Assembly: GCA_958296135.2 (NCBI GenBank)
Contig: CATQHZ020000001.1
Coordinates: 2,048,001-2,112,000 of the forward strand
Length of the DNA: 64,000 bases
DNA from: an uncultured Poribacteria bacterium
GTDB lineage: Bacteria; Poribacteria; WGA-4E; WGA-3G
Direction of reading: 5' to 3'
Shown: positions 39,956 through 49,850 of the stretch, one piece after another
How the letters are laid out: every line of letters begins with the position of its first letter
Position numbering within the stretch: the first letter of the stretch is position 1
Made by a program: the position numbers and the translations under genes
Notes under the pieces: generated by a model
What the model saw: only the letters and a program-made list of their open reading frames with translations
Told to the model about the DNA's origin: nothing
Database searches by the model: none

Positions 39956-40894
39956 ATGAGACAAAACCTGTTGAGAATCCATATTTTCGTGTTACTCCTC
40001 CTGCCGATTTTGCTCGGCGGATGTAGTCTCACGAAGTTGACAGTCGGCCGGACCGTTATTGTCTATTCGCAGGCAGGTGCGGCACTCCAAAGAGAGGCAG
40101 ATCTGACGCTGATCGAAGCAAGCGTCAGAGGCAATCTTAAGACGTTTGAGGGGATGCTGGAGATTGTGCCAGAAAACCCTACCCTCTTAATAATGACTTC
40201 CCGCGCTTTTTCATCTTACGCAGGCTTTGTCGAAGATAAGATGGAAGACGCTGAGATAACCGGCGACAGTGCCACCGCGGCGGATCTGCGCGCGCGGGCG
40301 ATTGACTATTATGGCCGCTCGCGACGCTACGCGCTCAAGGTCCTCGCGCAATCCAACAAGAGCTTCAATGAGGCATCGACTGTAGAGAATGCCGTGTTTG
40401 AAAGCGCGCTTCGGAAACTCAAGAAGAAGCACGTTGAGCCGCTGTTTTGGACAGCTTATGCATGGGCACGCGGCATTAGCCTCCAGAAGGATGATGCGAT
40501 GCAGGTAATTGACTTGCCACGGGTAGAGATGATGATGCGACGGGTGCTTGAATTAGACGAAACTTTCTATTACGGTGGTGCGCATTTGTTCTTCACCGTC
40601 TATTACGGCGACCGGGCAGCCTCAATTGGGGGAAACCCCGAGAAGGCAATGGAGCATATCAAGCACGTGGATAGGATTAATCAGGACCGGTTCCTGCTCA
40701 GCAAATTCTATCTCGCTCGCTACTATGCCTACCCGAAACAGAACGCCAAACTCTACAAGGATACGTTACAGGCAGTGCTTGACGCGCCGATGGACGTTTA
40801 CCCCGGACACGAAGCCGCAACAGCGATAGCCAAATCGCGCGCGAAACGCTGGCTGGCGCAGGCGGATATGCTTTTTGACACGGAAGCCCAATAA
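39956..40894 (+). CDS. TRAP transporter TatT component lipoprotein
   Basis: Lipobox LLGGC; helical; ELDETFYYGGAH...GGNPEKA; adjacent to DctP. Confidence 0.8.
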   Translation: MRQNLLRIHIFVLLLLPILLGGCSLTKLTVGRTVIVYSQAGAALQREADLTLIEASVRGNLKTFEGMLEIVPENPTLLIMTSRAFSSYAGFVEDKMEDAEITGDSATAADLRARAIDYYGRSRRYALKVLAQSNKSFNEASTVENAVFESALRKLKKKHVEPLFWTAYAWARGISLQKDDAMQVIDLPRVEMMMRRVLELDETFYYGGAHLFFTVYYGDRAASIGGNPEKAMEHIKHVDRINQDRFLLSKFYLARYYAYPKQNAKLYKDTLQAVLDAPMDVYPGHEAATAIAKSRAKRWLAQADMLFDTEAQ

Positions 40895-40957
40895 GGAAAA
40901 GAACCTATTCCTTTAAAACCCCGTTAGGGGTGCAATGTTTATAGGGAGGAACCGATA

Positions 40958-41992
40958 ATGATGCAACAGATTTTCCCGCGCAAAGGCGTATTGACACTTT
41001 CTCTCCTGCTCATGTTGGGAGTACTATGCTTCGCAGGCCAGCAGGCCGCAGCGGACGCAATTAAACTCGCCACGCTCGCGCCGAAAGGTTCTTCGTGGAT
41101 GAATAGTTTCACCGCGATGGAGAAGGAACTCGCCGCCAAAACGGATGGGGCCCTCAAAATTCGCTTCTACCCGAACGGCGTGCAAGGCGACGAACTAGAT
41201 GTTATCCGCAAGATGCGCGCCGGGCTACTCCACGCAGGCGCGATGACTGCCACCGGCCTCGGCGAAATCCACAAAGAGGTGCTGATTTTGCAACTGCCCC
41301 GGATGTTCAAAACATACGCGGAACTCGACTACGTTCGAGACGCACTCCGCGCGGAACTCGACCTGGCATTCGCGGCCGCCGGTTATATCCTGCTCGGCTG
41401 GGGCGACATCGGGTACTATTACATGTTCAGCAGCCAGCCGATTGACACCCTGACCGCGCTCCGCGCGCCGAGTGTCAAAATGTGGGCACGTAGCAGCGAT
41501 AGAATCGGACTGGAATTTACCAAAACCGCGGGAATCGTGAACGTGCCGAAAGAGGTGTCGCAAGTCCTGTCGGCCCTTTATTCCGGGCAGGTGAACGCCG
41601 TGACTACCTCGCCGTACGCGTGCATCGCACTGCAGTGGTACCCGAAACTCAAATACATGACAGCACTGCCAGTGAACATTGGTGTCGGCGCGACGGTAAT
41701 TACAAAAGAGAAATTCGACCAATTATCCCCGGAACAGCAGCAGATTCTGCGCGAGACTTCTGCCAAGCATCACGCCGAGTTAATCCAAAAAATTCGGAAC
41801 GATAACGCAACAGCAATTGAAGCCCTGCAGAAAAAGGCCGGCATTAAAATAGTTGAATTTGACGATGCAGCCCGGGAAGAGTTGGACAAAATCGCCGAGG
41901 AAACCCATAACGCGCTCGTCGATGAGATTTACTCGCAGACGCTTCTCGACAAGATTAACGCGCTTTTGCGTGAATATCGGGCGAAGAATTAG
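40958..41992 (+). CDS. dctP: TRAP transporter substrate-binding protein DctP (TatP)
   Basis: IKLATLAPKGSSW, FYPNGVQGDELDVIRKMRAG. Confidence 0.88.
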   Translation: MMQQIFPRKGVLTLSLLLMLGVLCFAGQQAAADAIKLATLAPKGSSWMNSFTAMEKELAAKTDGALKIRFYPNGVQGDELDVIRKMRAGLLHAGAMTATGLGEIHKEVLILQLPRMFKTYAELDYVRDALRAELDLAFAAAGYILLGWGDIGYYYMFSSQPIDTLTALRAPSVKMWARSSDRIGLEFTKTAGIVNVPKEVSQVLSALYSGQVNAVTTSPYACIALQWYPKLKYMTALPVNIGVGATVITKEKFDQLSPEQQQILRETSAKHHAELIQKIRNDNATAIEALQKKAGIKIVEFDDAAREELDKIAEETHNALVDEIYSQTLLDKINALLREYRAKN

Positions 41993-42011
41993 CATGACTC
42001 GCGCACAGAAT

Positions 42012-42053
42012 CCGGGAGGCGCGGTTGCAAACCGCGCCTCCCGGGTCTTTTTT
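42012..42053 (+). terminator. REP-derived hairpin with U-tract, likely intrinsic terminator
   Basis: CCGGGAGGCGCGGTT-GCA-AACCGCGCCTCCCGG followed by TCTTTTTT. Confidence 0.75.
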
Positions 42054-42401
42054 CTACGGCTCTACTGGCGGATGCTTCATGTCAAACGTTTTGCTTCGAT
42101 TTTCCAAGAGTTCCCGAAAGCCGATGAGGAACGGATCGGGTTCGCGCTGCCGGTCCCGCCATACCTCCAGATCGCGTTCCTTCACGCGTTGAAGGTATGC
42201 CGTCATCTCCTCCTTGTTGGCGAGGAAGTAGAGAATGGCAGCATGGATTTCATCCAAGGTCAGGTTTGGGTAGCGTTTCCGAATGTGGCCTATGTCCGCC
42301 CCTTGGAGATAATCATCCAGCACATGCTCTATTCCGAGGCAATGTCCCTTCATTTTGATGGTGTTTTCATCAATAAAGTCAAAGTAGTTTCTCACATCCA
42401 T
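42054..42401 (-). CDS. DUF433 domain protein (antitoxin-like)
   Basis: IKMKGHCLGIEHVL...YPNLTLDEIHAAILYF. Confidence 0.85.
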   Translation of the reverse strand: MDVRNYFDFIDENTIKMKGHCLGIEHVLDDYLQGADIGHIRKRYPNLTLDEIHAAILYFLANKEEMTAYLQRVKERDLEVWRDRQREPDPFLIGFRELLENRSKTFDMKHPPVEP

Positions 42402-42556
42402 TTTCTTCTCCTTGCCAAAATCCCCGGATCTGGCGTTCCGCGCTCTGGCACTCCTTCGTCGCCCATTAACCGCACTTCCATTCCTGGGTGCAAATCCTCA
42501 AATTGCTGCTGAATTGCGCGTGCGAGGTGTTCATCCATTAGAAATCGCGGTATCAT
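42392..42556 (-). pseudogene. truncated DUF5615 PIN-like toxin (54 aa)
   Basis: MIPRFLMDEHL...GTPDPGIL then stop; ATGA-coupled to the upstream DUF433; lacks the C-terminal half. Confidence 0.7.
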
Positions 42557-42921
42557 AAAGGCTCCAGTGGCTCAAGGCGGCGTTTTCCCTCGGCAATCAG
42601 TTTCTGGCGGTATTTCTCCAAACGTTGCCGCAGCTCAACTATTCTGGGTGAAGCCCCCTCAGTTGCCAACCACTTCTGATAAGCCTCCTCGCGGTATTGC
42701 CGCACCCGCAGCAGATATGCCTCCGCTTCCTCAGGGTTCGCCTCATAGTAGAGAAGAACAGCGTGGATTTTCTCCAGATTCAAGGTGGGGAAGCGATACA
42801 GAAGTTCTTCCGGGCTCTTATACCGCAGATACTCCTCCAACACGTCATCAATATAGATGCGGTGTCCCTTGATGCGGATTTGGGTGTCATTGATGAACTC
42901 AAAATAGTCTCGTAGCTCCAT
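42553..42921 (-). CDS. DUF433 domain protein (antitoxin-like)
   Basis: MELRDYFEF...IRIKGHRIYIDDVL...FPTLNLEKIHAVLLYY; AAGGAG RBS. Confidence 0.85.
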   Translation of the reverse strand: MELRDYFEFINDTQIRIKGHRIYIDDVLEEYLRYKSPEELLYRFPTLNLEKIHAVLLYYEANPEEAEAYLLRVRQYREEAYQKWLATEGASPRIVELRQRLEKYRQKLIAEGKRRLEPLEPL

Positions 42922-43017
42922 GTGTTGACTCCTTTTTCGGGATAATGCAATTTTACAGCAAAACCTCAAAAAATCAAGAAAATCGCAATTCAGATTTAGG
43001 TTGACTTTTCGCGCCAA

Positions 43018-44427
43018 ATGCCGTTTAATAACGCTATGCCTAGGACCCGTTCACTCCTACTCAAAAACCTGCTAAGCCTTACGCCGCTCAGCATCCTCGG
43101 ACGCGCAGGAACGCTCCTGATTTATGCCCTTCTCGCCAAATGGTTCGGGGCGACAGGAGGCACCGATTTTATCTACTACTATTGGAGCATCGCTACCTTC
43201 CTGATCGAACTGCTCAGTGCTGCCTCCGCCTATTCTGTCCTCGTTCCCTTGTTGGCAGAGGCCAGAAGCAAAAGCGAAGGAGAAGCGCGACGATGCGTCC
43301 AAGCTGTCTTCGCCCTCTATCTGACGGTAATGCCGGGGAGCTGCTGTCTCTTAATAGGCATTGCGTGGGGCGCGTCGCAGTGGTTTTTCCCGAACACGGC
43401 ACTCTCGCCTTCCGCAGAAATCTGCATCGTTGCCGGCTTCACCTGCTTCGTGAGTATCTCCGCAATTCGGTGGGTTTTGAAGGCAATTTTGGATACATAT
43501 CAGGCGTTTCACTTACCGGCGATTACACAGGGCGTGCGCGCGCTCCTCGTCATCGCCACAATTTACATCGGCAAGCCGTATCTGTCGCTGGTTAGCATTC
43601 CGCTCGCGCTGATTCTCGGCGAACTCCTCCAAGTGGTTATCCTATTTCGACGATGCTGCGCTATCTTGAATCTACAAGCGCGACACCTACTTCATCCGGC
43701 GCAAATCAGCACGCATTGGCGGGAAACACCACAAATGCAGCAGTTTCTACGTCAATGTCTCCTGATGATGGGCGCGGCGATTTCAGATGGGCTAAACCCC
43801 ATCGTTGACAGAGGGATGGGCAGTTCACTTGGAGCAAGTTCAATCTCAAAGTTAGATTACGCGCTCCGTTTGTGCGCTATTCCAGAGACACTCACCGGGG
43901 TGACGCTACCGGTGCTACTGTCGCACTGGGCAAAACTTGCCGCTGGGAAACAGCCAGAACTAGCAATCCATCCGCACCAAAAAGGCGACAAAAAGGTGGA
44001 ACCTCTACAACAAAGTGTCTGGCGAGGTGTTGTCGCCATCGCTATCCTGATGGGGCCTTTCTTGCTCGGATTCTATGTTTTCCGGGAGCCCATCGTCAAT
44101 CTGTTGTATGGACACGGGGAATTGTCGGAGGCAGGGTTAAGGCACATCGCGGCGCTGCTCGGCATCTATCTCATCGGGATGCTCCCGCGTCTGATAAGCC
44201 GGTTGCTCATCCGCGCGCACCTGGCGCGACAAAACCACGCGATTGTCCTTTCAGCAACCTTGATTAGGTTGGTGCTGAATCCGTTGCTCAACTGGGTTTT
44301 CATGCAATTTTGGGGGCTTGCGGGGATACCCTGGTCAACGGCGTTATTGTCCTATCCGATTTGTGCATTCATCGCAGTCGCGTTTTTCAGCGGTTCATCA
44401 AACCGATTGCATTCCCTAGTTCGGTAG
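43018..44427 (+). CDS. MurJ/MviN-like MOP family flippase
   Basis: About 12 TM; AKWFGATGGTD, IVDRGMGS...LDYALRL, IVNLLYGHG. Confidence 0.82.
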   Translation: MPFNNAMPRTRSLLLKNLLSLTPLSILGRAGTLLIYALLAKWFGATGGTDFIYYYWSIATFLIELLSAASAYSVLVPLLAEARSKSEGEARRCVQAVFALYLTVMPGSCCLLIGIAWGASQWFFPNTALSPSAEICIVAGFTCFVSISAIRWVLKAILDTYQAFHLPAITQGVRALLVIATIYIGKPYLSLVSIPLALILGELLQVVILFRRCCAILNLQARHLLHPAQISTHWRETPQMQQFLRQCLLMMGAAISDGLNPIVDRGMGSSLGASSISKLDYALRLCAIPETLTGVTLPVLLSHWAKLAAGKQPELAIHPHQKGDKKVEPLQQSVWRGVVAIAILMGPFLLGFYVFREPIVNLLYGHGELSEAGLRHIAALLGIYLIGMLPRLISRLLIRAHLARQNHAIVLSATLIRLVLNPLLNWVFMQFWGLAGIPWSTALLSYPICAFIAVAFFSGSSNRLHSLVR

Positions 44428-44461
44428 GGTTGCGAGCCCGAAGAACAGCGGTGATTTAGTC

Positions 44462-46072
44462 TCAGGCGGCTCTCGTCTTCCTATACCGAAAAAAAGTCCA
44501 CACCCCCGATACCACTAACAGCACCAACAGAACTATCAACCCGATATTGACGTAATAGCGCGCCCGATTCAATTCCCACAGGCGTTCGTTTGCTTCTAAC
44601 GCGGCAGGCGTGCCTTTTTGCGCCTTCGCTTTCACCTGCTCCCAATACCTTTTTGCGAGTTCAGGCTGCCCGTGTTGCTCCGCAAGCTTCGCCGTGACAA
44701 CCAGATAGGTGACATCTTGGACATCCACCTTTTGAAGCGCATCGGCAAAGGAACTGAACAACAAAACCGTCAGACCGGAAGAGAGCTGCGGAAAATCGGT
44801 GGTGAGCTCAATCCCGTTCTGGAAAGCAGTGACAGCACGCTGGAGCTCACCCTGGTCAAACGCAATTTGTGACATCTCAAACCACGTCTTCTTTTCAAGC
44901 ACGAGAGGTTGTTCAATAGCGGTGTAGCCATCAAAAAGGAACGTCGCCGTACCGTAGTGCAGCTCGCCGAGTTTCACACTCAGCGTGTAAGTTTCGCCAA
45001 GTACTAACACATTCGGTCCCTTCCATTCGTCAAAGCGATAGGTGCCATTTTCACCGACTACCTGCTCGTAACCCGTTCCGTTAATCGTGACGCGCGCGCC
45101 AGCCACCGATTCACCGGGCGTTCCCGTGACAGTGCCGAAGATGGAGATAGGCTCTAACGCCCAACCGATATGGACAGCTTCGCCTAATTCTAACTGCAAC
45201 TCCGCAGTCTTGACAGATGGGATAAGATACCCCGCCTTCTTCACGACGACGGTGGAGGTTCCCGCTACCAGATTCTCGGTAATCAGTCTCGGTGTGCTCC
45301 CTACTTCTTCGTCGTTGAGAAAAATTTGCGCTCTTTCCGGAAATGTGGTAATCTTAATAGCAGGGGCGAGTTTGAGCAGTGCCGCTTTAACGTCCCCCGT
45401 TGGCGCGAGAATGCCTTTAGCGAAATCGGGGGCGGTGCGCAGCAGCTCATAAATTTCAATGATGCTGAGCCGACGGTTGTCGTTTGTATCGGTTGCATCC
45501 GTGGCAAGCGCGTCTCGGATTTGCTGAATGAGCGCGCCCTTGTTAGTGACAGCCGCGGATTGAATGGCGTTCAGCGCGGCATCGCCGAGCGTCTCGCGAT
45601 TCGCGTAGTAAGCATTCAGATTCGTATCGTCCGTGTAACCGTCAACGATAACCACAGCCTGAGCGATGCCAGACGCTTTGAACCACTGATTGAGGCCCCG
45701 GTCTTCAATGCTAGTGTCGTCTTGTGTCATCAAGTGCATGATGTTCATGCCGCGCGGTTTCGTAACGCCGCCGTGGTAGAGAAAGATAAGCGTTCCTTGT
45801 TCCTGCATGTTCGCACCGATTTCTTGGAGGACGGACTGGATTTCCGTGCTAACTGCGCGTTCGCCTTCAAGACGATGCACCTGCTCACTCGGCACTTTCC
45901 CTCGGTTGACGAGCAGTTCGGTGAGAGCATTCAGCGATTCGTGTGCGCGCGCATCAGGCGTAGCATCCACGATGAGCCAATGCGTCTCGGCATCGACAAG
46001 GGCAGCAGGCACCGTCGGCACGCACGCGATGAGAATAAAAACAGTTATCAGAATGATGTTAGAGTTTGACAT
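44462..46072 (-). CDS. exported PEGA-domain protein with caspase-like N-terminal domain and C-terminal TM anchor
   Basis: Signal peptide; LIFLYHG and VIVDGY degenerate C14 motifs; ITTFPERAQIFLND...GSTP...KKAGY PEGA; terminal TM plus basic tail. Confidence 0.7.
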   Translation of the reverse strand: MSNSNIILITVFILIACVPTVPAALVDAETHWLIVDATPDARAHESLNALTELLVNRGKVPSEQVHRLEGERAVSTEIQSVLQEIGANMQEQGTLIFLYHGGVTKPRGMNIMHLMTQDDTSIEDRGLNQWFKASGIAQAVVIVDGYTDDTNLNAYYANRETLGDAALNAIQSAAVTNKGALIQQIRDALATDATDTNDNRRLSIIEIYELLRTAPDFAKGILAPTGDVKAALLKLAPAIKITTFPERAQIFLNDEEVGSTPRLITENLVAGTSTVVVKKAGYLIPSVKTAELQLELGEAVHIGWALEPISIFGTVTGTPGESVAGARVTINGTGYEQVVGENGTYRFDEWKGPNVLVLGETYTLSVKLGELHYGTATFLFDGYTAIEQPLVLEKKTWFEMSQIAFDQGELQRAVTAFQNGIELTTDFPQLSSGLTVLLFSSFADALQKVDVQDVTYLVVTAKLAEQHGQPELAKRYWEQVKAKAQKGTPAALEANERLWELNRARYYVNIGLIVLLVLLVVSGVWTFFRYRKTRAA

Positions 46073-46160
46073 TTTCCTAAATTCCTAGAACCTTTTTCTG
46101 TTGCAGCAATTTTCCAATAAGTTTAACATAAATTCAACATCATTGCCAGAAAAAACACTC

Positions 46161-46272
46161 TAAACTTTTATCGCGAAACTGCGTCAAAATAAATGTAATT
46201 AGCAAGGGCGTCTGTGCGCGACATTTCCCTGAACAAAAATTTACGGAACTTTTCGCGTAGACAGCTGTCAAA
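46161..46272 (+). promoter_or_regulatory. two tandem ECF (sigmaE-like) promoter motifs
   Basis: TAAACTT-N16-TCAAA (46161-46188) and GGAACTT-N16-TCAAA (46245-46272). Confidence 0.55.
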
Positions 46273-46467
46273 AATGTGAGGGTTTACCCGCGGTGCCATT
46301 TCGTTGAACGCCGCTGTAGGTAGCACTCACCGGACAAATTTTCGTTTTTTTACTATCCTTTTTAGTCCTAACGGACTCTATATAATACCAAATGACGTTA
46401 ACTCCTCTTGTTACGCACTAGGCGTATCCTTATCGGTAATTTGGTATAAGCGTGCAAGGAGAACTTA

Positions 46468-47799
46468 ATGATTCAATGGCAGACTAGGTTCGTTTTTATC
46501 CTCATTGTTCAGGTTCTAGCGATTTCTTGCGTTTCGGCACAAGAACCGGCCGACCTTGACTTATCGCAACCGCTGACGCTTGAACAATGTATCCAAATCG
46601 GGTTGGAGAAATCGACGCAGATGCGGAATGCGCGGTTGAATCTCGCCATCCAAGAACTTCGGGTGAAAAACGCGCGGGCCCGCTATTTCCCGCAAATTTT
46701 CGCCACCGGCAACTACGATTTTTCCGACCGGGTTGACTTCGGCTTTGAACCCGAAAACTACGATTTAGGGCTGCGGGGACAATACACCCTCTGGGATAAC
46801 GGGCAACGTGAGGGAAGTTTCGCGCAGGCGAAAACGCGGCGGAACGCCACTGAAAGCCGCAACGAGGAAATTAAACAAAACTTGATTTTCCAAATCACGG
46901 AAGGCTACTACAACGTCCTCAAACGGCAGGAACTAGTCAGCGTCAGTGAAGAGATTCTGGCGCGGTCGCGGGATAACACCCAACGGACGCAGGATTTCGT
47001 GGAAGCCGGCTCGCTCATCCCAGCGGATGTCGCCAGTGCACAAGTGCGCGAGGCTAACGACAGGTTATCACTCTTGAACAACCAGAATTCACTGCAAATC
47101 GCGCAGGCAACGCTGCCGCAACTTGTCGGGTTAGACCCGGGGGTGTTGCTGACTGTCGTCGTAGATGCGTCGTATCCGCTGTATCTGGAACGCGGCACAA
47201 TCGAGCGCATGGAGATGCCCCTTGAAGAGGCCATCCAGATAGCCCTTGACAATCGGCCTGAATTTCAGGAAATCCAAGAGCAGCTGAAGGAGCAGGAGTG
47301 GACGCTCACCCTCTCAAGATTGCAGCGGTGGCCCCGGCTCAATGCCGATGTAGACTACAACGTGAACCTTGACGATTACCTGCGTGAACGTGAGAATTTC
47401 TCGGATTTCCGGAGTTGGAGCGTCGGCGCATCGCTGAACTTCACGCTCTTTGATGGCGGAGTTATCAGCAACCAGGTGAAAGAGGTTAAACTGCAACTGG
47501 AGCAAACTCGCGAGAATGCGAGCGCCCTCGAGCGTTCTGTCGCCTTGGACGTGCGGCAATCCTACCTGAACCTGAAACGGAGTGAAGCCGAACTTGACAT
47601 CTTCAAGACACAAGTCTTCAACGCAAAGCTGAGCCTGGATGTCATCCAAGGACGCTTTGAAGTGGACAAAGCCATTCTGCTGGAATTGCTTGAGGCGCAG
47701 ACAGATTACGCGCAGGCATTGACAAATCAGGTAAACGCTTTCTACGACTACAAAATCGCGCAAACCCGCTTACAAGATGCAATGGGAGTGTTGCAATAA
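46468..47799 (+). CDS. TolC family outer membrane efflux protein
   Basis: Signal peptide, PLTLEQCIQIGL, two OEP repeats, LELLEAQ. Confidence 0.9.
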   Translation: MIQWQTRFVFILIVQVLAISCVSAQEPADLDLSQPLTLEQCIQIGLEKSTQMRNARLNLAIQELRVKNARARYFPQIFATGNYDFSDRVDFGFEPENYDLGLRGQYTLWDNGQREGSFAQAKTRRNATESRNEEIKQNLIFQITEGYYNVLKRQELVSVSEEILARSRDNTQRTQDFVEAGSLIPADVASAQVREANDRLSLLNNQNSLQIAQATLPQLVGLDPGVLLTVVVDASYPLYLERGTIERMEMPLEEAIQIALDNRPEFQEIQEQLKEQEWTLTLSRLQRWPRLNADVDYNVNLDDYLRERENFSDFRSWSVGASLNFTLFDGGVISNQVKEVKLQLEQTRENASALERSVALDVRQSYLNLKRSEAELDIFKTQVFNAKLSLDVIQGRFEVDKAILLELLEAQTDYAQALTNQVNAFYDYKIAQTRLQDAMGVLQ

Positions 47800-47801
47800 T
47801 C

Positions 47802-49784
47802 ATGAAGAACCGGAAAAAATGGATTATCATCGGTGTCGTCGCCCTTGTTGTTATCGCCGCCGTAGCGATTGGCGCGACGCGCATCAATCTCACAATCGGA
47901 AAACAGGCGAAGAAAGACGAGGATAAGCGCGAGGTAGTACGGCGCGGCAAATTCCTCGTCAAAGTCCGAGAGTCCGGCCACCTCCGCTCCTTCATTGAGG
48001 TAGATGTCCGCTCCAACGTTGAGGGCGAAATCCTTGAAATTCTCATTGAAGAGGGAGAAGTTGTGGGAGCCGGGCAGCCGCTCCTCAAAATCGATGAGGA
48101 ACAGATTTTAGAGGAAAAAAAACAAGCTGAGGAGAACCTGAAAGCAAGCATCGCGCAGCTTGAACAGGCGAAACTCCGCATTAAAATCACCGAAAAAGAG
48201 CAAGCGAGTAGTCTCCTGCAGGCGGAAAATTCTGTCGCGAGGACAGAAGCAAATTTGGCATCCTTTATTGCAAATAAGCAGCAACGGATAGCCGACGCGG
48301 AGACGCAAGTCGCCACAACGCAGAACTCGCTCAATCTGGATGAAATCGACAAACGGCAGGCGGACATCTCCCTCGCGCAAGCCAAGTTGACGCTGGAACG
48401 CACCGAAGCCACCCAGAAGTCTGCAAAAATTGCGTTTGAGACAGCCGAATCTGAATCCAATCGGAACAAGGGGCTGTTTGAGAAAAACTTGATTTCCAAA
48501 CAAGCACTTGAAGAATCGCAAAGGCAGCTCGCCAACGCGACTTCGCAATATGAAACATCCCAGAAAGAGGTTGAATCGCAAAAGGAAACGATTAAATCCC
48601 AAGAGGAGAATATCAAAGCTAGGGAGCAAGCCATCGAAAGCCGAAAGGCGACGCTGGCACTCCGCAAAAAGAACGTGATAACGCTGGAAGCGTCACAAGC
48701 AGCAGAGGAAAAGCGGCTCCAGGCCGATGTAGAAGATGCACGCACCCGCCTTCAAAAAATCGAAGACACAACCGAAGAAGAGAAAGAACTGACTCGACAC
48801 GCCAAGGTGAGCGCAGAAGCGAACCGCCTCCGCTTTGAAAGTCAACTCAAGTCGCAACAGGAACGACACGAATGGACAACGGTTATTGCGCCGATGTCCG
48901 GCACCATCACGCGCCTTGTTGTGGAAGAGGGGGAGATCATCACATCGGGACGTTCCGCCTTCTCGCGCGGCGAGGCAATCATGCGCATCGCCGACCTCAC
49001 GCAGATGATTGTCCGAACCCAAATTAACCAGGTCGAAATCAGCAAGATAGAGGTAGGGCAGCGCGCGGAAATCACCGTTGACAGCCATCCGAATCGCGTC
49101 TTTGAAGGCAGAGTCAGCGAGATTTCACCGAGTGCAACACCGCGAGGACAAAACAGCCAAGACGGAGTCATCCGATTTGAGGTGGATATTGAAGTGTTAG
49201 GTTCGCCGCCAGAACTCCGGCCCGGCATGTCCGCCGACGTAGACATCATCGTGTTTGAAGAATCCGATATTCTGCAACTGCCGATAGCCGCTGTGATGAA
49301 TCCGGAGATTGTCACCGTTGCAGCGAACTTAACGCCAGAGCAGCTCGGACAGTTTCAGAAGGGGCAGAAACTCAAAATTCGGAACCTCATCGGCAAGGAA
49401 TTCCCCGGCAGCGTCGGCCAGCTGTCATCTGACAACCCCGATGGCAGTCTCGAAATTCTGCTTGACGGTTCACCGAAAGGCTTGCGCACCGGCCCGACTG
49501 AGATTATCATCGTCATCTCTGATGACAAGCAGCTCAGCGGCATCGAAGCGCAAGTGAAAAGCGAGCGGCAGTTTTTTGTCATGCTAGACACAGGCAAAGA
49601 CCTCGGTGAGAAAAAAGAGGGAACAAAGGGTGTCAAAACCCACATCAAAGTCAGGCAGCGTAACATCACGCACTTTGAAATCACCGAAGGTTTGAAAGAA
49701 GGCGACCGGGTTTTCGTGCCCTCAATGATGGAATTAACGAAGGGTGCCGGTGGAGACAATAGCGACTCTGACGACTTTAAATAG
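47802..49784 (+). CDS. efflux periplasmic adaptor (MacA/HlyD) with very long coiled coil
   Basis: N-terminal TM, VRSNVEGEI...VGAGQPLLKID, IAPMSGTI, LRPGMSADVDI, GLKEGDRV. Confidence 0.9.
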   Translation: MKNRKKWIIIGVVALVVIAAVAIGATRINLTIGKQAKKDEDKREVVRRGKFLVKVRESGHLRSFIEVDVRSNVEGEILEILIEEGEVVGAGQPLLKIDEEQILEEKKQAEENLKASIAQLEQAKLRIKITEKEQASSLLQAENSVARTEANLASFIANKQQRIADAETQVATTQNSLNLDEIDKRQADISLAQAKLTLERTEATQKSAKIAFETAESESNRNKGLFEKNLISKQALEESQRQLANATSQYETSQKEVESQKETIKSQEENIKAREQAIESRKATLALRKKNVITLEASQAAEEKRLQADVEDARTRLQKIEDTTEEEKELTRHAKVSAEANRLRFESQLKSQQERHEWTTVIAPMSGTITRLVVEEGEIITSGRSAFSRGEAIMRIADLTQMIVRTQINQVEISKIEVGQRAEITVDSHPNRVFEGRVSEISPSATPRGQNSQDGVIRFEVDIEVLGSPPELRPGMSADVDIIVFEESDILQLPIAAVMNPEIVTVAANLTPEQLGQFQKGQKLKIRNLIGKEFPGSVGQLSSDNPDGSLEILLDGSPKGLRTGPTEIIIVISDDKQLSGIEAQVKSERQFFVMLDTGKDLGEKKEGTKGVKTHIKVRQRNITHFEITEGLKEGDRVFVPSMMELTKGAGGDNSDSDDFK

Positions 49785-49850
49785 CGCGCGTTGCGCTGTT
49801 CCGCCGCGCTCACCGGCAACACAATAAACTCAAACAGAGGTGCCATACTT

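Noticed and set aside
43985-44012. Possible GTAG element in murJ (GTAGAGGTTCCACC on minus strand)
   Set aside because: Lies in an apparent insertion but has no second copy in the window to define a family
47642-48745. 367-aa Ser/Cys/Phe-rich minus-strand ORF
   Set aside because: Antisense of the Glu/Lys/Gln-rich coiled coil of the adaptor protein
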